DNA of 64,000 nt from a virus (lineage: Duplodnaviria > Caudoviricetes): positions 2,078-66,077 of IMG/VR virus record IMGVR_UViG_3300042344_000673. The stretch is one strand, 5' to 3'. This document shows, one piece after another, positions 40,962-50,253 of this stretch (its first letter is position 1; each line of letters opens with the position of its first letter). Under the pieces are notes generated by a model. It had not been told where the DNA came from. It searched no databases and saw only the letters and a program-made list of their open reading frames with translations. Both the position numbers and the translations under genes were made by a program.

Positions 40962-41450
40962 TTAGAAAACTAATACACAACGGTCCATTCTCATTTGACA
41001 AGAAATCGTAGCCAACTTATCGTCTGAGTAGTTCAAAGCATTGAAGTTAGCACTTGTTAGGAATGTACCATAAAGAATCCATTTTTCAACAACAACTCCC
41101 GTTGGGTCCAACATCTCGAGGTCCACGTCTTTCTTATAACCCGCGGCATATCCCATACGTCCTGTTACAGACTCGGCGTGTAATCTCACCCACTCCATAA
41201 GTGCTTGAGCCGCTGAGGGTCCGATTGGGTCTCTAAACACCACTGGTAAAGCATCCCACGTAAATCTTCCCGCAACAAATGTTGAGGTGTTCAAGAAGGG
41301 TATTTCAGTTTCAGCAATTTTGATACTTGGTCTTGCCGTTGATTCAACGAACCACTCATTAATCCCTAAAGACGAAGGAAATCTTAGAATAAATCTATTA
41401 TTCCTTTTTGGTTCGTAAGGTAACGGCATCCGCATTAGTAAATCTGCCAT
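40962..41450 (-). CDS. Tail tube protein (T4 gp19-like)
   Basis: EPKRNNRF, GRFTW, LMEW, YKKD, VEKWILYGTF. Confidence 0.9.
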   Translation of the reverse strand: MADLLMRMPLPYEPKRNNRFILRFPSSLGINEWFVESTARPSIKIAETEIPFLNTSTFVAGRFTWDALPVVFRDPIGPSAAQALMEWVRLHAESVTGRMGYAAGYKKDVDLEMLDPTGVVVEKWILYGTFLTSANFNALNYSDDKLATISCQMRMDRCVLVF

Positions 41451-41545
41451 ATTAAAAATTTTTTGTTATTCTGTTTATATGTTATAAATATACCTATTTA
41501 CAATTTTTTCTACTTTACTTTTTTTTTAACTTGAATATATATCTA

Positions 41546-42370
41546 TTATACTTCTTTTTTCTTGCCTCCAGCAGTAGAATATGTTTTAACTATATTATCT
41601 GGCTTATCTTTAAAATGTCTTTTCATTACTTCTACGTTCTTAGGGTCATCATCTGAAAAACCTATTTGAGGCATAAATTTGTTAGCTATATCTTTTTTTA
41701 GAAATGCTCTTTTTTCTAGTAGTGCCGCCATCCCTTTTATATAATTCACAAATGATTCCATAGCTCTTACCTTAGCTTCCTCAGGATTGGTTGCCCCCGA
41801 CTCATCCCCAAAAGACACAGGGTTATATTTGTTCAGTTCCAAGTATGTCTTAATCAATTGTTCATCGTCCATTTCTTCCTCACCTACAAACGAACGGTAT
41901 TTTTTTAGATTCTTGACGAGCTCGTCTTTATCAATACCTTTGAAATCTGATACAATATAGTTGTAGACAGCTTGTTTTAAAATTTCGGGATTATGACCAC
42001 GAGCTGTTATTATGGCAAATATCGAGCCGTTGTTTATTGCTTCCCTAAAATCATCAAACGCAGGACCAACTTTAGCGTTCATAGCATCAACCAAAAATTG
42101 TTTGTCACCTTCGGTTCTGAAATTTCTAAATGGGTCTTCAGCAAAACCAACAATTGTTTGTCCGTTATAATTAAAATTTTCCTTACCCACCATAGTTCTG
42201 TATGTGGCAAAATCTTCTGTACTCATACCAACTTCTTCACCCTCACTGTTTTTTAGAATAATTTTTGTTGGCATGTGGACAATATTATCGTCCCAATCAA
42301 ATGCATAATATTTCAAGTCTGGGGAACCTTCAGGTTTGAAACCTTCGTGTATGTCGTATTTTTCAATCAT
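41546..42370 (-). CDS. HAD-superfamily hydrolase-like protein
   Basis: Motif I FDWDDN, motif II ITARG, Lys in EEAKV, motif IV FSDDD; ATG at 42370 follows the TATTTAT motif. Confidence 0.65.
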   Translation of the reverse strand: MIEKYDIHEGFKPEGSPDLKYYAFDWDDNIVHMPTKIILKNSEGEEVGMSTEDFATYRTMVGKENFNYNGQTIVGFAEDPFRNFRTEGDKQFLVDAMNAKVGPAFDDFREAINNGSIFAIITARGHNPEILKQAVYNYIVSDFKGIDKDELVKNLKKYRSFVGEEEMDDEQLIKTYLELNKYNPVSFGDESGATNPEEAKVRAMESFVNYIKGMAALLEKRAFLKKDIANKFMPQIGFSDDDPKNVEVMKRHFKDKPDNIVKTYSTAGGKKKEV

Positions 42371-42393
42371 TGTATATAAATAGTTTGACAAAT

Positions 42394-42424
42394 AAAAAAC
42401 CCCCCAAAATTGCTCGGGGGGTTT
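42394..42424 (-). terminator. Intrinsic terminator after sheath gene
   Basis: AAACCCCCC...GGGGGGTTT stem followed by T run on minus strand. Confidence 0.8.
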
Positions 42425-42442
42425 GTATATTTTACTTTTCTG

Positions 42443-45400
42443 TTAGATGTTCTCAAATGAAGCACCTGTCGGAGTTATAAAGAACTCAATATCAATAAAC
42501 TCGAGAGCTTTCGTAGGTTTAAGATAAATCTTACCTGTTAGAGTGTTTCTATCTAAATCCTCTGGTGAAGATGAAACTGTCACACGGAAGTCATACAAAC
42601 CTCTATCTCTTCTTATTGAGTCTAATATCGGATTAACACTATCTAAGAATTGTTGTCTTACGATTTGGTCGTTTTGTTCAAACAACAATCTAACAGCTAC
42701 AGCAGATATTAACTTACGTGCCTGAAGTAATAATCTTCTAACATTTAATCTGTTGAGTGCCGTATCCGCCACTTGAAGTGTTTTGTTACCCCAAATTACA
42801 GTTCCTACATCAGCAAATGTTGCGATTGGGTTGATTCTTCCTTGATAAAGAGTATCTCTATCTTGTTGAGTCAACTTAATTCTAGCCTTGATTGAATTTA
42901 CAAGACCTCTTGTGTAACCCGCCGATGCGAACCAAGGGAATGAAATATTGTCAGTTAAAGCCAAGTTTCTACAAACCTCACCTGTCGGTGGTAAGTAAAT
43001 TTGGGTATTATTAACAGTATCTCTAACTAATATCCAAGGATAATAAGTTGCTGTATAGTTCGAGTCAATTCCAGTGTCATCCAATCTGTCAACCGCAGTT
43101 TGTGGGTATTGAATCAACTGAGGGTCAGTACCGTCAGGTGAAAGCAAATCATAGTCTGGTGTTGTCGTGATATAAACGGAATCAGCTCTTTGGAATTGTA
43201 TCATATCAATTGTTTTTTCAACAAGTGAGAAGTTATTGATATAATCGATACTAGCTGTCGCGAATACGTTTATGTTTGTTGCCTCAGGATTTGCGAACGT
43301 TAGAATACCAAGTAAATAAGCGTAGTAATCTGAGTTAGCAAAGTCTTGAGTATTATCTTCAACAACAATTCTTTTGAAGATACCTTGACCTGTTGCGTTG
43401 GGGTAACGAGAAGAAGGGAAGAACCCTGCTAAGAATCCACTTTGACCGATTTGGAATCTGTCTTCGTTTGTTCTGTATTCTCTATAAATGTCCCATCCGT
43501 CAAAACCACCAGCAAAACAAATAGTATATTTTCTTGCGTAGATGAAGTAGTAAGGGTTTGCTTGGTCTTGAGGGTCGTTTCTGAATTCAGCTACACCACA
43601 TTCGAATGCGGTCTGCCCTGAAGTTTGGAAAGCGGAACCAATTGTAACAACAGTTGCTCCAGAATCCATGTGGAAACCTTTTGAAATTTGGTTGAAAGGT
43701 AGGGATGTAGTTGCGTTGTAGAAATCCACAACAGGGTTAAGTCTACCTTGATACCCTAACATTGATTCGTCCACTCCTACAGTATTAGAAAATCCTAAAT
43801 ATGTTCTTCTTACGATGTCTCCAGGAGATTCGTCAGCAGGTCCCGAATAAAAAGGTGTGTTGTAAACTGTTTCACCAGGGAAAAAGTATTTCACTTTGAA
43901 TTTTGGTACAGGTGCTAAGTTAGTTGGTGACCCGTATATTTTTTGGTTGTAACCATAGAAACCACAAGGTAAAGCATCGATTGGGGCATTCTCTGCCATT
44001 TCCACCATGATAAATTTAGATATTAAAGCAAATTCACCATCATGGGAACCGATTCTTTTTGCCACAAAATTATTAGACGCTGGGTCCATTGTACAGTTTG
44101 TGAACTTCTCAATTACAACTGGGTTAGCATCTGTATCGAAGAAATTACGTACTAATACATCAAATGTCATATTGTTGAAAGACAAGTTAGCAATTGAAAC
44201 TTTGATTTCAACGTTCGCTGAATCCCCGTCTGAAATAGAAATAAATCTAAACAAATCATAAACCTTATTACCTCTCAATTCCGAAACTAAGAAAGGAGAT
44301 TTTGGTGATTGGTATTGCTCTAATCTCCATCCGATAGATGTGTTAGACAAAGACCTAGCACTATCTAATGAGACTAAATTACAATTTAAACCTCTTATGT
44401 AAGATTGAAGATACGCATTCGAAAGAGCCGCAGGATAAACTTCGTCAACAAAAATAGGAACCTCATTTCTAGGTTTTCCAAAGTTTGTTGTACCGAGAAC
44501 TTTAGTTATGAATTTTGAAGATGTAGGACTCATAGAAGTCTCAAATGAGAAGTCATCACCAGCGTTAGTAACCCCCGAAAGTAAGAATGTAAAATATGGG
44601 TCAGTTGTTATACCAGAATATTGGTCAGTACAAACCATTGTAACACCTGTTGTAGCACTAACCTCATAAATTGGACCGTGATTCTCACTTGTATTACTGT
44701 TAGTAAATAAAGATATACCTCTTGACCTCAAAGTAGCAATAACCATATTATTGTACTCAGTAAAGGAGAATGCTGAAAAAGTATAAATGTTACCTGACAC
44801 AGTACCTGAAAATTCGTCAGTTCCTGTCGAGACTAAATTAGTTACAAAATAATCGTAAGAATAACCTGAATATAAATTACCTGTTGTAATATCGAAGTTA
44901 GCATAAAACCAAGCATCGTTATCACCTGATGTTAATTCGTTGAAGTCTAAATTTGCAGAGTTAGTCTCGAAACCATTTATGACAACAGGGTATGTTGTAA
45001 TCAATGATTGAAAATCAGAATTCGGAATAGCTCCATAAATGAAACATGTATAACCAGAGGATGCTGGTGCTTCCATTATTGAATCCAAATTCGTTGTGAA
45101 CTCTTGATTGATTGTTGAAGTACCTCCATTACTTAATCTGAATTGAACTTGTAATGAATTAGCAAGTATAGACGGTAAAGCAGTTAAATAACTGATTGTA
45201 TTGTTAGCAGAATTTCCTGAGAAATCAAAAGAAAATGGAATTATACCACCATCTAAAGCCATTGTTGTGGGGTCAGGATTTGCTACGGTTGTTATACTCC
45301 AAGAAGGACCGGCATCATAACCAGACAATCCCAACACCCTTGTTACAAAAAGTTGGTTTGATTGTTGAAGGTATGATTTAGCAATATATGCCGCCTCATA

Positions 45401-45631
45401 CTTTGGAATTTGTGTACCCACAAACTTGACAGGTTCAGTACCACCAAAATAGGCCTGAAACTCATCGTAGTTGGTAATGAACACTGGCTCGAAAGCTGGT
45501 CCTTTTATAGTCTCTCCAACGAGACCTAATGTCGTTACACCCACACTCTGAGCCACGAACGATAAATCGGTCTCAGAAGTATAAACTCCGGGGGAAACAT
45601 AAACTTTTTTGTTAGCGATTGCTGTTGCCAT
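42443..45631 (-). CDS. Contractile tail sheath protein (gp18-like)
   Basis: SPGVYTSETD, GPAFEP, PWFASAGYTRG, RINPI, WGNKTLQ, RLNVRRLL, LFEQND, KPTKALEFI. Confidence 0.95.
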   Translation of the reverse strand: MATAIANKKVYVSPGVYTSETDLSFVAQSVGVTTLGLVGETIKGPAFEPVFITNYDEFQAYFGGTEPVKFVGTQIPKYEAAYIAKSYLQQSNQLFVTRVLGLSGYDAGPSWSITTVANPDPTTMALDGGIIPFSFDFSGNSANNTISYLTALPSILANSLQVQFRLSNGGTSTINQEFTTNLDSIMEAPASSGYTCFIYGAIPNSDFQSLITTYPVVINGFETNSANLDFNELTSGDNDAWFYANFDITTGNLYSGYSYDYFVTNLVSTGTDEFSGTVSGNIYTFSAFSFTEYNNMVIATLRSRGISLFTNSNTSENHGPIYEVSATTGVTMVCTDQYSGITTDPYFTFLLSGVTNAGDDFSFETSMSPTSSKFITKVLGTTNFGKPRNEVPIFVDEVYPAALSNAYLQSYIRGLNCNLVSLDSARSLSNTSIGWRLEQYQSPKSPFLVSELRGNKVYDLFRFISISDGDSANVEIKVSIANLSFNNMTFDVLVRNFFDTDANPVVIEKFTNCTMDPASNNFVAKRIGSHDGEFALISKFIMVEMAENAPIDALPCGFYGYNQKIYGSPTNLAPVPKFKVKYFFPGETVYNTPFYSGPADESPGDIVRRTYLGFSNTVGVDESMLGYQGRLNPVVDFYNATTSLPFNQISKGFHMDSGATVVTIGSAFQTSGQTAFECGVAEFRNDPQDQANPYYFIYARKYTICFAGGFDGWDIYREYRTNEDRFQIGQSGFLAGFFPSSRYPNATGQGIFKRIVVEDNTQDFANSDYYAYLLGILTFANPEATNINVFATASIDYINNFSLVEKTIDMIQFQRADSVYITTTPDYDLLSPDGTDPQLIQYPQTAVDRLDDTGIDSNYTATYYPWILVRDTVNNTQIYLPPTGEVCRNLALTDNISFPWFASAGYTRGLVNSIKARIKLTQQDRDTLYQGRINPIATFADVGTVIWGNKTLQVADTALNRLNVRRLLLQARKLISAVAVRLLFEQNDQIVRQQFLDSVNPILDSIRRDRGLYDFRVTVSSSPEDLDRNTLTGKIYLKPTKALEFIDIEFFITPTGASFENI

Positions 45632-45755
45632 TATTTTTGAAATTAATTCTTGCTAAGATTTATTTTATTGATAAATATTCATATGCGAATGAAAAAACTT
45701 TACTTTTGAATATCTATTTATAAACGGTGAGAATAAATTCTACCTTTTTTCTACC

Positions 45756-45917
45756 ATGAAAGAAAAGAAAGAAATAAAGAACATAAAAATTGACCCTAAA
45801 GTACATGAAACACTAAAAAAGTATTGTGACAAAAGGGGTATCAAGATTTACAAGTTTCTCGAAAATTTGATAATGGAAAAGTGTAAAGAAAAGAAAGATA
45901 TATATGGTGAGGATTAG
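45756..45917 (+). CDS. Ribbon-helix-helix-like DNA-binding protein (53 aa, absent from ORF track)
   Basis: MKEKKEIKNIKIDPKVHETLKKYCDKRGIKIYKFLENLIMEKCKEKKDIYGED; strand-helix-G-helix pattern; TATTTAT upstream on plus strand. Confidence 0.75.
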   Translation: MKEKKEIKNIKIDPKVHETLKKYCDKRGIKIYKFLENLIMEKCKEKKDIYGED

Positions 45918-46954
45918 ACCAATTTACTCTCCCATGTAATCACCGCTTCTTTTGTGTTGTCCAACTTTGTAACAGTTAGTGTAAGAGTATCGTTTGTTGT
46001 GATTTGAATTAATGAAACGTCATTCCCATAATAATCTCCATTTATATAAACATCATAGTTGTCCACATTCTCTGAGGATATGAATTCCATGTCAGCGGTA
46101 AAGTCGATTGTATCAACAAGTGTGTTATTCCCAACAACAAAAAGAAACCTAGAAGGAAATTCATCAGGGTTCGATGGATATAATTCTCTTTTGACTTTTC
46201 TGACAGAAGTGTCAACCTCCACCAATTGAGTCACCCGAGCAATAGCAGGTTTAACCTCAAATTCCTCTTCATCAATCAAATAACCCAACATAGTAAAATC
46301 ATAAGATTGAACATAATACTTTCTAGCCTCCATAGTCATCTGAGACTCGTCCGAAATATTATTCATAATGATTGGAACATATTGTCCTTTTATAAAAGTG
46401 TATGCTTGTCTTGATGAGAACTTCTGCATTACAATTTTATTAAGTTGATTAAGTTCCCTCATTCTATTACAAATAATTTTAACACTGTAATTAATATCTA
46501 CTGGCACAGGTTGAGGTATTGTGTAAATGTCCATACCCTGCATGTTACCGTTCCAAGTCGGTACAGAAGCATAATAGAATTGTTTCCTTACAGGTATTGT
46601 ATAAAGTAAAGCTGGATTTGTACCATACTTTACTTCAGGACTTCTCACAACTGTTATGAAGGGAGGAGACGGGTTATAGTCCAAATCAACAAACTTCCAA
46701 GTTTCCAAATATTGTGCCCAGTTTTGAGTAGTTATGATTATATCCAACATGGGCACTGTTTTTCCGGCAGTAACAACTTCCAAATCAGTTTTAACAAAAT
46801 CCAACATTCCTCTATCCAAATCGGCATGAAGAACAGACTTTGGAAGATATGTACCATCTTTATTAATATACTCCAAAAGTTGTTCCCTCCTCGGGTATAA
46901 TGTTTTCTGAGGAGTGAGAGGTAAGGTTGGTATTACTTTTTTTGGTAGTGGCAT
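45914..46954 (-). CDS. Tail terminator/completion protein (gp15-like)
   Basis: PPFITVVR, PVPVDINYSVKI; upstream of sheath. Confidence 0.6.
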   Translation of the reverse strand: MPLPKKVIPTLPLTPQKTLYPRREQLLEYINKDGTYLPKSVLHADLDRGMLDFVKTDLEVVTAGKTVPMLDIIITTQNWAQYLETWKFVDLDYNPSPPFITVVRSPEVKYGTNPALLYTIPVRKQFYYASVPTWNGNMQGMDIYTIPQPVPVDINYSVKIICNRMRELNQLNKIVMQKFSSRQAYTFIKGQYVPIIMNNISDESQMTMEARKYYVQSYDFTMLGYLIDEEEFEVKPAIARVTQLVEVDTSVRKVKRELYPSNPDEFPSRFLFVVGNNTLVDTIDFTADMEFISSENVDNYDVYINGDYYGNDVSLIQITTNDTLTLTVTKLDNTKEAVITWESKLV

Positions 46955-46957
46955 TTC

Positions 46958-47506
46958 TTACAAATAGTTTTTATATTTTCTAAAAAAAACAGAGGGTTGT
47001 TCCCGATGAATAACATCTACATTAACAACTTTGTTTTTACCCAAAAGTTTCATTGCGTGATTCAAAGATTTCAAACCCCAAGTTCTATCGGGTTTCCAAG
47101 TCAGAATGGTGTTTGTTCCTGATGGGTCGTATTTTAAATAGTTTCCCTCAATAGAAGGGTCAATTAATCCGACAAAGTTATAGTTCCCAACTTCAGGATA
47201 AGCCCTTAATCCCCCCTTCGAAAAACCCGAAACCGAATTAACTTTAGCATTTGGATATTTTCGTTTTATAGTTTCAGTAACAAATCCAACTGAATTTTCC
47301 CAAATACTATAAGCGACGTTTTTATCTTTTAAAATATCTTTCCCTTGACTATACAAAAACTTGGCACCGTATTTTGAGCTAGGGGTCCCTCCAAAAATAA
47401 TTGCCCAAGAATTAGAGTTATTCCCCTTGTTCAATATTATGGAATCATCCGACGAAGACAATTTCTCGAATAATTTATATTGAGATTCTGTTACAAGTAT
47501 TTTCAT
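46958..47506 (-). CDS. Small alpha/beta-hydrolase-like protein
   Basis: Nucleophile elbow GFSKGG, GLIDPS, C-terminal His; N-terminal MKILVTESQY leader. Confidence 0.55.
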   Translation of the reverse strand: MKILVTESQYKLFEKLSSSDDSIILNKGNNSNSWAIIFGGTPSSKYGAKFLYSQGKDILKDKNVAYSIWENSVGFVTETIKRKYPNAKVNSVSGFSKGGLRAYPEVGNYNFVGLIDPSIEGNYLKYDPSGTNTILTWKPDRTWGLKSLNHAMKLLGKNKVVNVDVIHREQPSVFFRKYKNYL

Positions 47507-47508
47507 TA

Positions 47509-48024
47509 TTATATTCCTCTAAACTCGTTTTCACTCACATATGTGGCAACAACAGTTCTATAAAAAGGTTTGTATCCACCATATGTGTGTTTATTATCTG
47601 ACCTCACATATCCATCATCACTTACAGAATAATATCTCACTCTATCTTCGGTTTCATAATATCCCAAATAATCACCCATGAATATTTCCACACCCAAATC
47701 ATCCAACTGTTTTTGGTAAAGAGAAAATCTCATATTACCTGGCTCTTGTTGTTCAACTTTAGAATTACCCAAAAATTTGTTTGTAGGTGCCATTACCTGA
47801 ACAAGACCCTTCAACTCGACAGGTGCCAAGAATTGAACTCCGTCTTCCAAGACCTCGCCGTAGACGTCATCAGTTTTCGTTTTGTATCTATCGATTCTAT
47901 AAAGAATTACAGTAAAGTTCATGTCCCCCTCTAACCACTCCTGCCCCATAGAAATGTCCAAAGCAAAATCCTCCCTTCCGAAAAACTTACCTAACCGAGA
48001 AATTGGAACTAAATTTTCTGCCAT
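47509..48024 (-). CDS. Head closure/neck protein (gp14-like)
   Basis: VILYRID...DDVYGE...F...GD beta-barrel pattern; context. Confidence 0.65.
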   Translation of the reverse strand: MAENLVPISRLGKFFGREDFALDISMGQEWLEGDMNFTVILYRIDRYKTKTDDVYGEVLEDGVQFLAPVELKGLVQVMAPTNKFLGNSKVEQQEPGNMRFSLYQKQLDDLGVEIFMGDYLGYYETEDRVRYYSVSDDGYVRSDNKHTYGGYKPFYRTVVATYVSENEFRGI

Positions 48025-48025
48025 A

Positions 48026-48055
48026 TTGATAAATATTTTAATTTCATTTATATTT
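48026..48055 (+). promoter_or_regulatory. Promoter for SET/SNF2 operon
   Basis: TTGATA-N17-TATATT, same shape as the SSB and polymerase promoters. Confidence 0.55.
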
Positions 48056-48069
48056 CAAGTAAAAATTTT

Positions 48070-48468
48070 ATGAAAATATTTCCACCACAAAAAGTTTATG
48101 TCTCTGAAAGCAAAATTCATGGTATGGGTGTCTTTGCTTCCGAAACAATAGAACAAGGAGAAATCTTCGAAGTGACACCATTGTTAGATTTGAAAATTCC
48201 AAAAGGGGAGCTAAGTGGGTGTATGATTGATTACAGATTCAACTGGCCACAAGGCACAAATCCAGAACTTCAAGTTGTAGGGTGGGGATACGGTAGTTTA
48301 TATAATCACTCCGAAACTCCAAATGCCGCTTGGAAATCAAACATGGATAACTTCACCTTCGAATTTTATGCCACCCGAAAAATAGAAAAGGATGAAGAAA
48401 TCCTTGTTTACTATGGTGATAGTCTTTATTGGAATGACGGAAGAGACCACGTCCAAATTAAATCATGA
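48070..48468 (+). CDS. SET-domain protein-lysine methyltransferase
   Basis: SKIHGMGVFA, SLYNHSETPN, EEILVYYG. Confidence 0.9.
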   Translation: MKIFPPQKVYVSESKIHGMGVFASETIEQGEIFEVTPLLDLKIPKGELSGCMIDYRFNWPQGTNPELQVVGWGYGSLYNHSETPNAAWKSNMDNFTFEFYATRKIEKDEEILVYYGDSLYWNDGRDHVQIKS

Positions 48469-50219
48469 GTATAGAAGTTTCATTAGAATCTAAGGCACTT
48501 AGCATCCTTCAAGATTACGAAGGGGCTAACAATTATATTTTAGAACTTAAAAGAAAGTCTCAAGTCAACAAAAAATTTTATCCAACAAGAAGTCAGTCTG
48601 AGTACATTATCAATTTCCACGACAAGCAACCCAAGGTTGCTAAAAAATGGGTAATCTTGGACGCTTATTTTGCTCAAAAACTTGCGGATGATAAATTACT
48701 CACACAAGTACCTGAAAAAGTATGGGTAGAAAAACTTTTAGCGGAAAAAGAAAAGGCTTATCACATTTGGGGTAAAATCCAAGACTCAGAACAATTACAC
48801 GAATTTTGGCTACCAAAAGCCTCTCTCATCAAAGATAATACAGTCAAAGACGTTGTCATCGATTATTCAAAATATGAACATCGTCCACCTCTTACACATC
48901 AAAAAGAAGCAATCCAAAAACTTGTAGAAAATAAAAAATATATTTTGGCTGATGATATGGGTTTGGGAAAAACTACGTCAACAATCATTGCTGCTTTGGA
49001 GTCAGGTGCCAAAAAGGTTTTAATAATTTGTCCCGCAACATTAAAAATAAATTGGAAGAGAGAGATTCAAAACTACTCCACCAAAAGTGTGTATATTTGT
49101 GAAGGGAAAAACTTTGAACCGAATCACGACTTCATTATAATAAATTATGACATAATAAAAAATTTCCATGACACTAAAAGAAAAAATGAATCGCAAATTG
49201 TTAGCGCCGATTTTGATTTGGTGGTTGTTGATGAAGCACACTATATCAAAAATGCTCAAGCTCAACGTACGAAACTAATCAATGATATTGTTAAAAAAGT
49301 CGATAGGTTGTGGCTTCTAACCGGAACTCCAATGACATCAAGACCAATTGATTATTATAATCTATTGAATTTGGTTGATTCCCCCGTGGCAAAAAATTGG
49401 ATGGCATACGTTATTAGATATTGTTCCGGTTATCAATTTAGAGTTGGTCCAAGAAAGGTGTGGAACGTGATGGGGGCATCTAATTTGGAAGAACTAAGAG
49501 ACAGAACGTTAAATTCAACTTTGAGGCGGTTGAAGGAAGATGTTTTAGATTTACCTGAAAAAATTATTACCCCCGTATACTTGAGATTAAAATCCAAAAT
49601 ATATGAGGAGGTTATGGGTGAGTATTATAATTGGTATGAAAAAAATCCTGACGAATCGAAATCACTAACTGTTCAGTTCACAAAACTCACAAAGGTTAGA
49701 CAGATTTTGGCGGATGAGAAAATTGAAAAAACAATTGAATTAGCAGAAAACATTTTAGAACAAGACAAAAAAGTTATAATATTCTGTAACTTCACAAATT
49801 CATTAAATAAGATTACGGAACACTTTGGAAAATCTGCCGTCAAACTCGACGGCTCAATGTCTAAAACTGAAAGACAATTCGCAGTGGACCAATTTCAAGA
49901 AAATGAAAAAGTTAAAGTTTTTGTGGGAAACATCAAGGCAGCTGGTGTTGGTATAACACTTACCTCAGCAGAAGCAGTTATAATGAATGATTTGTCATTC
50001 TTACCATCAGACCATTCACAGGCGGAGGACAGAGCTTACAGATTCGGGCAAAAGAATAACGTCTTGGTTTATTATCCCATTTTTGAAAACACCATTGAAG
50101 GAATAATATACGATATTCTCAATAACAAAAAAAATGTAATTGCGACAGTTATGGGAGATAACAATCAAGTCGATTACGTCGAAGAAATTTTACAAAGAAT
50201 AAATGAATTAAGAAATTAG
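48465..50219 (+). CDS. SNF2-family (SMARCAL1/HARP-like) helicase
   Basis: LADDMGLGKT, ICPATLKINW, DEAH, LTGTP, QAEDRAYRFGQ. Confidence 0.92.
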   Translation: MSIEVSLESKALSILQDYEGANNYILELKRKSQVNKKFYPTRSQSEYIINFHDKQPKVAKKWVILDAYFAQKLADDKLLTQVPEKVWVEKLLAEKEKAYHIWGKIQDSEQLHEFWLPKASLIKDNTVKDVVIDYSKYEHRPPLTHQKEAIQKLVENKKYILADDMGLGKTTSTIIAALESGAKKVLIICPATLKINWKREIQNYSTKSVYICEGKNFEPNHDFIIINYDIIKNFHDTKRKNESQIVSADFDLVVVDEAHYIKNAQAQRTKLINDIVKKVDRLWLLTGTPMTSRPIDYYNLLNLVDSPVAKNWMAYVIRYCSGYQFRVGPRKVWNVMGASNLEELRDRTLNSTLRRLKEDVLDLPEKIITPVYLRLKSKIYEEVMGEYYNWYEKNPDESKSLTVQFTKLTKVRQILADEKIEKTIELAENILEQDKKVIIFCNFTNSLNKITEHFGKSAVKLDGSMSKTERQFAVDQFQENEKVKVFVGNIKAAGVGITLTSAEAVIMNDLSFLPSDHSQAEDRAYRFGQKNNVLVYYPIFENTIEGIIYDILNNKKNVIATVMGDNNQVDYVEEILQRINELRN

Positions 50220-50253
50220 TAAGGTTCGTGTTATTTATATACACAGACCTCTT

